Source of the DNA: Paramoeba atlantica
Lineage: Eukaryota > Protista > Discosea
Length of the DNA stretch: 64,000 nt
NCBI GenBank assembly: GCA_977017575.1
Contig: CDRNVI010000049.1
Location: forward strand, 445,917 to 509,916
Direction of reading: 5' to 3'
This document shows positions 20,026-30,457 of the stretch, in pieces. Every line of letters begins with the position of its first letter. Within the stretch, counting starts at the first letter, position 1. A program made the position numbers and the translations under genes. Below the pieces are notes generated by a model that worked only from the letters and a program-made list of their open reading frames with translations, had not been told where the DNA came from and did no database searches.

Positions 20026-21471
20026 CAGGGGGGTAAATCAGATGCTGCGGGGGGTCTAAAAATTGCAAAACCCTTCAAATTTTGGAAAATGATAGCGCAT
20101 TCGAGAGCTCTCGCAGAGTTCTATGTTTTTGCGCTATTTTCACCCCAAAAGAAAGCAATTTTGTTTATGGCATTTTTTAAAAAGTTTTTTTGTCCCTCTA
20201 AAATTTGCAGTTTTTCCCAAATTTTCTCATTTTTTTCGTTTTTTCTCCATTTCGTCTCAGTTTTATGCCGCGAAAGCGATCCCGTTCTATGCAGAACAAA
20301 AGATTTCTCTCCGATAGGGCGTACTCCTCCCCTGGGCACACCAAATATTCACATAGGATGCTTCTTGTAAAAGATTACGAGAATACAAATTCCTATGGTG
20401 CCACTTGCCGAAGAGAAGGCGTCCACCACAGCACTGTCAAGTTGTGGGTGAAACGCTTTGAGGAAACCGGGGACGTTGAACGTTCCACACCCCCTCGCGA
20501 ACGCACTGTGGCGACACCCGGGCTTCTTGATGCGTGCCACGAGATTATTGACACGGCCAACACGTCAAGCACACGCGGTTGTCCCTCCTGGAATTTTATA
20601 CTTCGAGAGGTCAGGAAACGAGGTTTCACCTGCAGCAGGCCAACTGTAGTAAATTTTTTGAAGGACGCAGGGATAATCCAACGTTCTTTTTCGAAAGGCC
20701 TTTTTTTAACTGAATCTCATAAGGCCAAGCGACTAACCTTTGCATTGAAAATGCAGAAGTGGTCTGTCGCACAGCTTCGTCACATTATTTGGTGTGACGA
20801 AAAAAATTCACTTGCCAGCTTGGACAGGAAAGCCGCTCGTACATTTGCAGAGCAAGTGACCCCCCGAAACCACCTCTAAAAGCTTCGCAAAAGTGGTTTG
20901 GGGGGGATGGAGTAAACGTTTGGATGGGTTTCTTAAAGTTTCTTAAAGCGTCATAGCGGGGCCCGGGTTGCTATGGATAATGCTCCTTGCCACAATGGCA
21001 GTTTTAGAACCTTTAAAGAAAACGAAGTCGTTGTTTTGGACTTTCCCCCAAAATCCCCAGATCTTAACCCCATTGAAAACATTTGGGAAATTATGGATGC
21101 CTTTATTAAAAATGGTACAAACCCAGAAAATAGGACTGAACTCTTGTTTTCTATTGAAAGAGCGGTTGATTACATTAAAACAGATGGTCATGACATGCTC
21201 ATTAACACTTTAAAAAGCATGCCGCGGCGTTTCGACATAGTAGTAGAAAAAAAAGGAGAAAGTTGTAATTATTAGTCGTCTAAAACCTTTCTCATTTTTG
21301 CATTTTGACGTTTTTGGGCTTCTTGTCAGTTGAACACCCCCCTATACCCCGGGAAACTGCCTTTTCTAAAACATAGAACTCTTCGAGAGCTCTCGAATAC
21401 GCTATCATTTTCCAAAATTGGAAAGGTTTTGCAATTTTTAGACCCCCCGCAGCATCTGATTTACCCCCCTG
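20026..21471 (+). mobile_element. Tc1-like transposon (DD32E), internally deleted
   Basis: ~100-bp TIRs starting CAGGGG, TA TSD. Transposase runs from ATG 20265 to 21275 with WCDEK and DNAPCH...SPDLNPIE. About 100 bp is missing relative to the 48943-50490 relative. Confidence 0.92.
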
Positions 21472-21790
21472 TATGTGAGGGGGGGTGACAGTAGTCAATT
21501 CTAATCCATCGATCAATAGGGTTTAACCCGCTTACGACGTGCAAGAAAAACGGTAATCAAGAATCGTCTAAACAGCAAATTTCGGTAATCAAAGTGTTCC
21601 AAAAGGGCATACAAAGGACATATAAAAAGGCAAGATCTTTTACGTGATAACTCAGTTCATACTTTTGCTCTATGCACAGGATATGCTATGAATGGGGAGA
21701 GACCTGTAGATAGTACTTTTCCACTAAAACTTGCGCTTTGGATTCCCCGTTTTCATCATTTACAGCTGAAATATTACGAAAAGATTCTCT

Positions 21791-22228
21791 TCATGATTTC
21801 AAATCTGAATTTTGTTGGATACAGGAAAAACACGTATTCTCAAGCTTGAAGTATTGTTCTCTCTCAAAATTTTCTTGCCACTGTACGTGAGAGGCAAGCA
21901 TCTGTCCGACATATGAGTCATACGCAATGGAAAGGCAGTCGTTTTTCCCGTTTCGTTCTTTTCTTCCCCTTCCAGTACTACGCATTACCTCTTGTCTCAG
22001 ATATAGTTCCCTGTTTTCTCTGCTCAGTTGTTGTGCCGTTTTAATGCGCCTCTTCTTCAAAAGATATTGCACCTTCAAATCGTTTAGCGCAGTCTTGCAA
22101 TTCTTATCTAATAATTCAATGTCGTTTAAAGAACGCATGAGAGTGTTGTACAATTGTCTTCGTGGTTTTCGTCTGTTTGAGCTCATGACCTGTAAAAACT
22201 CATGTGAGAAGAAGTCTGAAGACAACAT
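21791..22228 (-). CDS. Hypothetical coiled-coil protein
   Basis: 145-aa ATG ORF on the gene strand with helical charged composition. Confidence 0.5.
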   Translation of the reverse strand: MLSSDFFSHEFLQVMSSNRRKPRRQLYNTLMRSLNDIELLDKNCKTALNDLKVQYLLKKRRIKTAQQLSRENRELYLRQEVMRSTGRGRKERNGKNDCLSIAYDSYVGQMLASHVQWQENFEREQYFKLENTCFSCIQQNSDLKS

Positions 22229-22726
22229 TTTTAATTAGTCGGGAGTGTATAATGGAATTAAAAAAATGAAATACGGTATTCACAAACTGGGCTAAATTAT
22301 TACTAACTACCTACCTAATTCGCCATAAATTCTGACGTAACGTAGATTTTAAGAGCTGCCCTTAAAATAATTTTTTCGCATTGACGAATGAGATCAAAAA
22401 GTGGTTAAGATCCTTTCCTGCGAACTTGTTACATGGAAATGTAGGCCTCCAGATTGTCAAGTCCATCTGTGGTTCTTTGAGAGGTAAAATAAACCTAGAG
22501 GATTGGAACTTTGATTGGTTCAACCGCGGTCAATGGAGGCTCATTGGCAAGCAAAATCAACTCTGGTTTCAAACTACCGTTTCAAAGTTGCTTTGAGGTT
22601 TCGCCTGACTACGTTCGTCGTAATCAACTGAAGGAGCAGATCTTGTTCTTTGCAGAGGTCGATCGTACAGTCGCACATGTCACTGCGCACGCCAGCGACG
22701 CAACTTTATTTCTCGTATTTCGCTCG

Positions 22727-23626
22727 TCAAACAGGATACAGGAGCCCGTGATGTTTTCTCTCATGGTACCTACGCATACGCTCACGAACAATTGAATGAT
22801 AATCCTCACTCGTTGGAAGAAGCGCTCTACGTAGTTCCGTTTGCAATTCTTCAATTTCCCTCTCCTTCATTCTTTGCTTATTGAATTGCGCTCTCACATT
22901 CAGCACGTCACTTACTTTTTCCTGCGCTTTCTGTCGTTGAGATTCCGCTTCTTTTTCCTTTTTCTCCAAATGATACACAAAATCATCATACGAATGGAGT
23001 AACAAATCCAACAACGCGGTTTGTTTCCAAATCGAATAGAGAGTAACGACAACGCCACATTGGACAAGCGCCAAAGCTATTTTATAGCTCTGCTCGCTGA
23101 GTTCCCATTTTTTATGGTTCACAATCAGCTGCCGTACTTTTTGTATGTTTTCAACAAAGGTACGGCCGGTGCCATACATGGCCGCATCCTGGTGAATGTC
23201 GAGATCACATAACAAGGGGTGATCGTGGGGGTAAAACCCAGTTGATTTATCACAGCGCTCGGAGGCAAAAGGATTGGTTCTCACCGAGTGGGTTTCAGGC
23301 CGAGCTCGCATTTCGGCCAATGCTTCGTAGTGTGCCGCTCGGAGTAAGGAATCTGATGTGGAAGGGGTAGTGAGGGAATTCGATTTTTCGTTGTTTCCGC
23401 TATTTGCTCGAGATGTGTCCAAAGGAATTCTATTCGACATTCGTCCTATTTCCTCCCCGAAGAGCGGTCGGGGTCGACCACGAATTGTGATCTCAGCGGT
23501 GGAAATGTCCTCGCTTGTGTTTTTCATTTGTTGTAAGTGAACCCATTTCGCGTCTCGCGTGGTTGTGGTTACAGAGCTCTTCCATCCAGGGACTCGTGGG
23601 CGAAGACGACACCCACAGGGTTTCAT
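22727..23626 (-). CDS. Hypothetical protein with one TM segment followed by a coiled coil
   Basis: 299-aa ATG ORF with IALALVQCGVVVTLYSIW followed by a long E/K/R/Q-rich helix. Confidence 0.65.
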   Translation of the reverse strand: MKPCGCRLRPRVPGWKSSVTTTTRDAKWVHLQQMKNTSEDISTAEITIRGRPRPLFGEEIGRMSNRIPLDTSRANSGNNEKSNSLTTPSTSDSLLRAAHYEALAEMRARPETHSVRTNPFASERCDKSTGFYPHDHPLLCDLDIHQDAAMYGTGRTFVENIQKVRQLIVNHKKWELSEQSYKIALALVQCGVVVTLYSIWKQTALLDLLLHSYDDFVYHLEKKEKEAESQRQKAQEKVSDVLNVRAQFNKQRMKEREIEELQTELRRALLPTSEDYHSIVRERMRRYHERKHHGLLYPV

Positions 23627-25108
23627 TGAATGGCTTTTCTATTTGTGTACTTCTGTTCTATGATATAGAATTTTTCTTCTATACTGAATAGGTGTCACGG
23701 TACCGTGGACGAAAAAAATGACATTTTTTCAAAGAAAACTACTAAAGAGGTCACAACTTCAGAATTCCATTACGCTCCAAAGCGGAAATAGTGAGAATTG
23801 AGTCGATGGTGAAACTGAAGCAAGTTTTTTCTACCAACTTCTTTAATGGTAGCAAATTCTACGGGCCCACAACAAAATTTCAAAACACGGGAAAGGTGAA
23901 AACCATAGAAATAGAACTACAAAGTGCCAAAAAAAGAGTCCTAGTATACCGATCTCAACCCCTTAAAATCTCGACCACATTACGAACACCGATCTCGATC
24001 ACCGTAAAATCAGTTACTGTCGAGGTCAGTAAGGAAGGCTTGAAAACCATACTTTTCTCGTTCAGAAATATCGTACAAGTGACCCTTCTATCAAACAAGC
24101 ATCTTGCCCATATATTGCCTCGCCTTGTTACGAAACTATTGAACAGGTAAAACGTGCTGAATACTCATGCCGATGCATGCAGGTACATGAAACGGAAAAG
24201 CGAGAAGCAGAAGAATAATGAAAAAACACATCATGATTGAAATTACAACCTCTTCCATTCAATCGAATATTTCCATACATGAATCCCCGAAAAGTTACTT
24301 TGCCTACGACTCCATCGAGAACGAGTTCCGCGAAGAGGCGTTGAACTACCACCAGTTCGGATACTGCAACCGATGGCTCCACCCACACGATGGATCCTTC
24401 GGAGAACACACCGCCAGGAAGTTATGTCCTTGTCGCGGTGCGACGAGAGGGTACTTCCTCAATGGGGCACGCAATAGTGTCTTACCATCGCAACAGGCAC
24501 GCACTCTACGGCAGCAACCCTGGGGACAGGCCATACAAGACCTAATATAGCGCCTAAATTCTTTCGTGATCGTTGCTTGGGTGCGGATACCCCCTTTAAT
24601 ACTGTAGGGCTATTTTGACAGGAATGGTCGTTTTTTGAGGGAGCGACTGGAAAGGTTTCAACCCTCTTAATGAGCAAATCAGGCCCTTACCGCAATTGGA
24701 AAGGGAAAAAAGGTCACACTTTACTAATAAATATTGCTGAACATTTAAAAACAATGTTCCTTAGCTTAGTCGAACACTAGTACTCTACTATACTGCCCTC
24801 CCTACTTCAAAGTCAGCCAATTTGGACTATTAAGTAGGGGGTTAATTTTTATCACCCCCTCATTTTTATAAAAACGAAATCAGACTAGGAAGGTGGGTTC
24901 TTTCCTTGGAGGAATGTAATGGAGCCTAGCAAGCGAAATCCTAAGACGGAGGACACGCCAATAATTGTACGAACTACATCTACTACCTGTATACAGAATA
25001 TCTACATGTACCTGTATACAGAATTATCATGGATATGGCTGGATATAGCTGGATGGATATAGCATCAGGAAGAGTTTAGTATGGAATTCCCTAGTACGAG
25101 AGAGTTTC

Positions 25109-25744
25109 TTAATTCATCAACACGCTATTGCTCCCGGAACTAAGATTCCGCATTTTTTTAAGTGTTGTGTCAATCCAGTGCATCAGCCGATTCATGGGAA
25201 ACACCACAAGCTCGAGATTTCCCTGCAGCATTTCCGACGTAACGTCTGTTGCTTTTCTTGCAAAAGATCCAACAAACGTGACAAAATCATTTATTAGCTT
25301 TTCCGCCTGTTGGACTGTTGCAGCGTATAGCGAACCAACTTCCTCTGTATGCGTGCCCTCCAAATTTAATGCCACACTCTCTAATTCGAGACACAACCCT
25401 AATGTCACATTTGACCTACTTGCCCCTTCTCCGACGTGACTACGTGGCATACGCAATACCTTTGATGGACAATTGTCAGATACAAAACCAACATAAGCAA
25501 AATCGATCGTTTTTGAGCCCGACCCTGGAAAAGAGTTCGCCAAGGAGAAATTTTCTGACATACAACTGTGCACATAAATCGTAAACACGTAGCCCTGCGG
25601 CAGGCAAGGCTCCCTTGTAAGGCAGCAGACAAGTTCACGTGCTCTTACGGATGGAAGACTATAGGTCCAACGATTCTCTCCCGATGGAGTACCAGAAGTG
25701 CAAGGAATGTGTCCGGGAACTATCACCTGGAAAGGAGGCTGCAT
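25109..25744 (-). CDS. Hikeshi/OPI10 (DUF775)-like protein
   Basis: FQVIVPG start, ELVCCLT...LPQGYVFTIYV, VGFVSDNCPSKV, LGLCLE, FVGSFA and VVFPMNRLMHW follow the DUF775 pattern. ATG at 25744. Confidence 0.7.
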   Translation of the reverse strand: MQPPFQVIVPGHIPCTSGTPSGENRWTYSLPSVRARELVCCLTREPCLPQGYVFTIYVHSCMSENFSLANSFPGSGSKTIDFAYVGFVSDNCPSKVLRMPRSHVGEGASRSNVTLGLCLELESVALNLEGTHTEEVGSLYAATVQQAEKLINDFVTFVGSFARKATDVTSEMLQGNLELVVFPMNRLMHWIDTTLKKMRNLSSGSNSVLMN

Positions 25745-26532
25745 TTGTTGTATAAATATACTCCCATTCCACACAAAATCTATCGCATCATACTAGATCA
25801 AATGGTGGTGCTTTACAAACGGCTTGTAACTCAAAATTACATACATGTACTTTTGTTGGGTGTTTCTACTTACGTAAACGCTTAGGGGTGCGTCAATATG
25901 TATCATGGTAACGGATCTACCCGTCCACTTGCAATATTATGGACTGATCAGTCACATACTTAAAAATCAGGTTGTTTGACAAAATCGACCATTAAGAAAA
26001 CGAAGACGTTCATTCCTCGAAAATATGAAAATCCGTGCCGGTGAAATGCATGACTTGCTTCGCAGGGCGGATGTTTGGTTCGCCAAAAAATATTAGGTTC
26101 CTTTAATGAGACTACCTCACAAGAATACATCCAATAGCTATAGTTCAAGAAAATTGCGTGAAACATAACACAGCCTGTCTACGATCTAATGCTCGAATCT
26201 CGGTTGATATTGGTATCGGTGCGGGTCGTACAAAAATGAGTTGCAGTTGAACTTCATGCGGAGCCAGTAGTTTTCTGCAAAATATAGGGTGAGTGCAAAC
26301 AGTCCTAGGCACCATGCAGGATCTTTCGCACATTGACTGAATGTCCGTGGAACGAAACCGCCAAGCATAAACGTTAACTCTTCAAATGCGTAGGATGAAT
26401 GAAAGAAATGCCAAAATAGGGTAAAAAGTGATCATTCGGTGAAATAATATGCGACCTACAATGTCATAACGTTAGGATTTCCATTTACAATCGAACGTTT
26501 CACACCTTCCCACTCAAACGTTCCCCACAACC

Positions 26533-27249
26533 CTACACGATCAACTCCCCTCTCACCTCCATCCCCCACACCTCCCTCACCGACGTCTCAAACTCCGGAT
26601 CATCACAAATCCCCGGTCGGAACGGTACTCTCCCCCCACCCCTTCCCCTCCCCCCTTTCTCCCCCCCCTCCCCCTCCCCTTTTCTCCTAAAATACACCAC
26701 CTCCACCACCCTCACCCCCACCACCTCCCCCACCACGACCCTACGACCCCCTTCCCCCCACCCCCCTTCCCTCCCCCCTCCGTCACTCGTGTCTCCCCCT
26801 CCCCCCTCCCCCCACCACCACCCTCGCGGCAGCCCCCCCCTCTTCACCACCATCCGCACCGGGGCCGTCTTCCCCCCCCCTCCCCCCGCCCACCCCCCGG
26901 GCACCAGCCTCAGCCCCCCCCCGGGGGACTGCCCCGCGACCACCCCCGAGAGCGCGGCCCCGGGGGCGGGGGCGAAGGCCGCGAGGAGGAACCGCACCGC
27001 CGTCCACGCCCCCCCGCCGGTGGGGGTCACGTGCGGGGGGCCGGCCCCGGTGACACGGGGCACCGCGAGCACGAGACCGAGGGAAGGAACGACGGTGCCG
27101 CAGTAGCGCCGGGTGAGGGCGTCCAGCAGGGCCGCGGTGGGGAGGGGGGAGGGGGCGTCAGGGGGGGAGGGGGCGTCAGGGGGGGAGGGGGGGGTGAAAT
27201 GGGGGGGGAGGGTACAGACGACGTCGCGCATGGGGTGGAGGAGGAACAT
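26533..27249 (-). CDS. POLR3H: RNA polymerase III subunit RPC25/RPC8 (RPB7 family)
   Basis: MFLLHPMRDVVCTLPPHF, RRYCGTVVPSLGLVLAV and GGAWTAVRFLLAAFAP..G..LSGVV align with the RPC25 N-terminal and S1 motifs. Confidence 0.75.
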   Translation of the reverse strand: MFLLHPMRDVVCTLPPHFTPPSPPDAPSPPDAPSPLPTAALLDALTRRYCGTVVPSLGLVLAVPRVTGAGPPHVTPTGGGAWTAVRFLLAAFAPAPGAALSGVVAGQSPGGGLRLVPGGWAGGGGGKTAPVRMVVKRGGLPRGWWWGEGGGGDTSDGGGREGGWGEGGRRVVVGEVVGVRVVEVVYFRRKGEGEGGEKGGRGRGGGRVPFRPGICDDPEFETSVREVWGMEVRGELIV

Positions 27250-28019
27250 TTTTTTGTGGCGTGTCGGGGGGGGGCGGTGTAATAAAAGGGGGTGGAAAAG
27301 GGTAAAAAGAGGGTTGTTAGTGGAGGGGAGAGGATGGAAAAGGAAAGCAAAGGATGAAGAGGAAGTGTGTAGATTGATAAAAATAGATTGAAATACCCTC
27401 GAAGGACTTACCGTTACCCCCGCTTACTTAGTCCCCACTTTTTGGGCCAAAACCCGTACTTTGTGGTGAAGTAAGGGGGGTGGTGAGGTAAGGGGGGTGA
27501 AGAAGTGATTCAAAGTTCGATCAAATTATAGTTCTCTCGGAAATCCTCAAATTATTGAAGTACACTATGCTATTGGCATTGAGCATAATTTCCTTTTCCT
27601 GAGTGTTGTAATACCTCGTGTTGCACATTCTATATTTTATGTCTCTTTTAGCTTGTCTACGATGTCCCATGCGTTTTTAACTTTCCCCTCATGAACATTT
27701 CTTACATCGTAAAATTTAAATGATGTCGCAGAACATAAACTATTGAACACTTATTTAAATTTTAGAACTACAAGAACTGTGGCGCAACTTTATGACCAAA
27801 GCGATGATGAAACTGACATGGAAGAAAACCGTTCTGAATTAGAAATGGGGAACGAATCTAAGAGGGGTGACTCCTGCCCGGGCGCTCCCAGGCGCTCCCA
27901 GTAAACTTCTACGGAGATCCGACTTGGTAAAATGATTTTTTCTCAAAGAGGTCCGGAATCCTCAATGTCCCTTGGATGGAACATGCTGGGCTAACATGAC
28001 AAAGAGTTAGAAAGGGAGA

Positions 28020-28370
28020 CTGGCGTTGGGCTGTCGTTGGTGATGGGGCGTGGCGACCCTAGCCTTCCGAAGTAAGGACTTCCAGCTAGCTGCAGGGATT
28101 TGTCTATTCCTATTCCGGTTTAACCCCTTCGGGGTTGCAAGACGGCGTGGCATGTCCATCTCCGGGAATACGTTGTTAGCACCACCTTTTCTCGCGTGCC
28201 AACCTTGTAACCTCGGTGGAGGTGGGACTGCACTCGTGCAAGCTGTGGTCGAATCCCACCCCATCTCCGGAGGAGTGGAGGCGCAAAAAACTTCGTTTCT
28301 CCAGCCAGGACCGTCCCGGACCAACAATCTGGGATAGTGGAGTTTTAGCGGGTGAGCTAGCAGAGTCGGC
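28020..28370. ncRNA. Unidentified GC-rich structured sequence, continuing at 30639-30700 beyond the IS30 insertion
   Basis: AACCCC-TTCG-GGGGTT hairpin (28122-28136) and GGTGGGA/TCCCACC stem. CGGGTGAG..CAGAGT (28349-28366) pairs with GCTCTGCTCATTCG (30667-30680) across the insertion. No credible ORF. Confidence 0.45.
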
Positions 28371-28720
28371 ACACGCACCCTTATAACGCATAAAACTCGC
28401 ACCCTTATAATGCATAATGTAACCTGATGACGCATATTGTACCCTTGATAACGCATATTGTGCCCTTGATAACGCATAAAACTCGCACCCTTATAATGCA
28501 TAGTAACTCGCACCCTTATAATGCATAATGTAACCTGATAATGCATAATGTAACCCGATAACGCATAATGTAACCTCATAACGCATAATGTAACCTGATA
28601 ACGCATAATGTAACCTGATAATGCATAATGTAACCCGATAACGCATAATGTAACCTCATAACGTATAATGTAACCTGATAACGCATAATGTAACCTGATA
28701 ATGCATAATGTAACCGGATA
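28371..28720 (+). repeat. Left subterminal array: 21-24-nt units then 10 x 20-nt units
   Basis: A(C/T)GCATAATGTAACC(T/C)(G/C)ATA x10 at 28521-28720 with an 80-nt higher-order period. Core ATAA(C/T)GCATA. Confidence 0.95.
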
Positions 28721-28745
28721 ATATTTTTTTTGTCTTTCTTGCACC

Positions 28746-29735
28746 ATGTGTCAAACATCTAGAAAACGTATTAATTCAGAAGATCGTAAACTTATTGAGG
28801 TTCTCCACAATCAAGAAAATTTTTCGCAAGCACAAATTGCCTCAAAACTGAAAGTAAATCAGTCGTCTCTTAGTCAAGAACTGGCACGTGGAGATCGGGA
28901 TGGTGTGTACAACGCGAAGCGGGCTGAACGAACACTCAACCAAGCAATGAGTAAACGGAAGTCCCGTGCAAGCAAAATTGAAGGAGACATCAAAGAGAGT
29001 GTCATATCTCTGTTACGTCGGCGCTTTAGCCCTCAACAGATATCTGTTACTTTGCGCAAAGAAGGTGTGAGCATTTCCCGGAAGGCAATTTATGGTTTTA
29101 TTAGTCGGAATAAGAGTCAAAACTTGGAGAGTTGCCTCCGCCGGGGGGGAATTCGTGGACAACGCCGTCGTCGTGGAACTAATCGTACCAGCATCCCTAA
29201 TCGTACAGATATTGATATGCGGCCCAGCATTGTTAACGATCGGGAACGATACAGTGATTGGGAGTGTGATCTAATAGAAGGTACACGCCACAGTGGATAC
29301 TTTCTTACCCTGGTTGAGCGCAAAAGTCGTTTCGGGATCCTGAAAAAGATATCATGCAAGAAATCGACTCTTGTAGCAGAGACTATCACCAGCGCCCTTC
29401 AAGGCTTTTTGGTACGGACACTCACATGTGATAATGGAACGGAATTCGCGAAGCACGAGAGCGTAAATCGTTCCCTTAATTGCTCGTCGTACTTTTGTAA
29501 ACCGTACGCGAGCTGGGAAAAGGGTGGTGTCGAAATTTTCAACGGCGTCGTCAGAGATTTCTACCCAAAGTCTCATCCTTTCAGTAATATATCCCAAGCA
29601 GACCTTGATTCCGTATCCAGCAATATCAATGCTCGACCGAAAGTGGTGCTCCAAGACCAGTCCCCATCTGAGTTTGTGCAAAAATTACGGAAAATTCGAC
29701 TGCAAATTATCTTGGACAGCTCGCAGGAATCTTAA
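28746..29735 (+). CDS. IS30-family DDE transposase, intact
   Basis: HTH start (SQAQIASKLKVNQSSLSQELAR), FSPQQIS, IPNRTDIDMRP, DWECDLIEG, LTLVERKSRF, TCDNGTEFAKH, YFCKPYASWEKGGVE (D-33-E) and NARPKVVL. Confidence 0.97.
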   Translation: MCQTSRKRINSEDRKLIEVLHNQENFSQAQIASKLKVNQSSLSQELARGDRDGVYNAKRAERTLNQAMSKRKSRASKIEGDIKESVISLLRRRFSPQQISVTLRKEGVSISRKAIYGFISRNKSQNLESCLRRGGIRGQRRRRGTNRTSIPNRTDIDMRPSIVNDRERYSDWECDLIEGTRHSGYFLTLVERKSRFGILKKISCKKSTLVAETITSALQGFLVRTLTCDNGTEFAKHESVNRSLNCSSYFCKPYASWEKGGVEIFNGVVRDFYPKSHPFSNISQADLDSVSSNINARPKVVLQDQSPSEFVQKLRKIRLQIILDSSQES

Positions 29736-29893
29736 ATCTCTTTTCGTGTGCGTGGGCTTCTTCCTTCAAATATTGTGTCATAAAACACTAATTTCCTATG
29801 AAACTGCGCGGGCCTTGTTTGCATTGGATATTTGCATTTCGTGTGCGTTCTTGCATTGAATGTCGTTTTCTTTACGTGTATGGGCTTCAAAAG

Positions 29894-30131
29894 GTCTTGG
29901 CTTTATTACGGGTTGGATATGGTGGAAAAGTTGGGCTCCGTCAGAAACGTTGGGCTTCAGTCGCCTTGGCTTTGTAAGGGATTGGGTATGATGGAAAAAT
30001 TGGGCTACGCAAATTGCTTCCCACTAACGACACACATTTTTGTCTTGCAGACGAGGTAAACAAAGTCTTGGCTTTTCTAGGGGTCGGGTATGATGGAACA
30101 GTTGGGCTTCGCAAATTGCTTCCCACTAACG
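29894..30131 (+). repeat. Three imperfect 47-67-nt direct repeats downstream of the IS30 ORF
   Basis: G(T/C)CTTGGCTTT...GG(G/A)TATG(A/G)TGGAA...TTGGGCT at 29894, 29963 and 30065. Copies 2 and 3 share GCAAATTGCTTCCCACTAACG. Confidence 0.85.
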
Positions 30132-30139
30132 TCAGACTC

Positions 30140-30315
30140 AGTGGCCCGGCCGGCCCCTCCGTGCGTTCGGCCTCTCATATTCCCCAAAACAACTACCACC
30201 TTCCCACCATTTATCAGGGGTCGCTCGCGCGACCCACGCTAAATAGGGGGGGGGGAGGTGGTAGTTGTGGGGTATGGAGGCCTCTCGCAACTCCGGGGCC
30301 TCACCGGGAGCAGGA
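30140..30315. ncRNA. Rod-like hairpin RNA inside the IS30 element
   Basis: Nested stems GGCCTC/GAGGCC, CCCC/GGGG, ACAACTACCACCT/AGGTGGTAGTTGT (13 bp) and apical GGGTCGC/GCGACCC. Confidence 0.55.
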
Positions 30316-30457
30316 ATGAAATACTAGAGCTCTTTAACTTGTTTCTCCCCTCCACTTTTTTTCTTTTTAACTTATTTCCCCCCCTCCACTTTTTTTTCAT
30401 GGGGTCGATTTCTTTTTCGAGGGGGGGTCACTTTTTTTTTGAGGGGCTCGCAAAAAA

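Noticed and set aside
28205-28270. tRNA (Ser/Sec) or tmRNA-like gene from GTGGTCGAATCCCACCCC
   Set aside because: Only a T-arm-like string is present. There is no valid anticodon arm or acceptor stem, and the segment pairs better with GGTGGGA upstream.
28371-28720. CRISPR array next to a nuclease-like ORF
   Set aside because: The units are contiguous 20-nt repeats with no unique spacers, mirrored at the other end of the element, and there are no cas genes.
28007-28747. 246-aa ORF and the mirror ORFs at 30258-30765
   Set aside because: These are translation products of the 20-24-nt arrays (repeating HYALSGYIMRY) with no domain signal.
28746-29735. IS30 as bacterial contamination
   Set aside because: It is nested with TSDs inside eukaryotic-type TIR elements, it splits a stem in the flanking DNA, there is no bacterial gene context, and a second decayed IS30 is nearby. 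Read support is still needed.
30132-30240. Bridge-RNA-like guide matches between the rod RNA and the insertion flanks (CGTCAG, TCAGGG, ACGC)
   Set aside because: Matches of 4-6 nt are expected by chance. Copies at different targets would be needed to test for covariation.
30140-30315. Identification as SRP/7SL or 6S RNA
   Set aside because: It lacks the SRP helix-8 CAGG-GNRA-AGCAG arrangement. The 6S resemblance is only overall geometry. Left unassigned pending Infernal.
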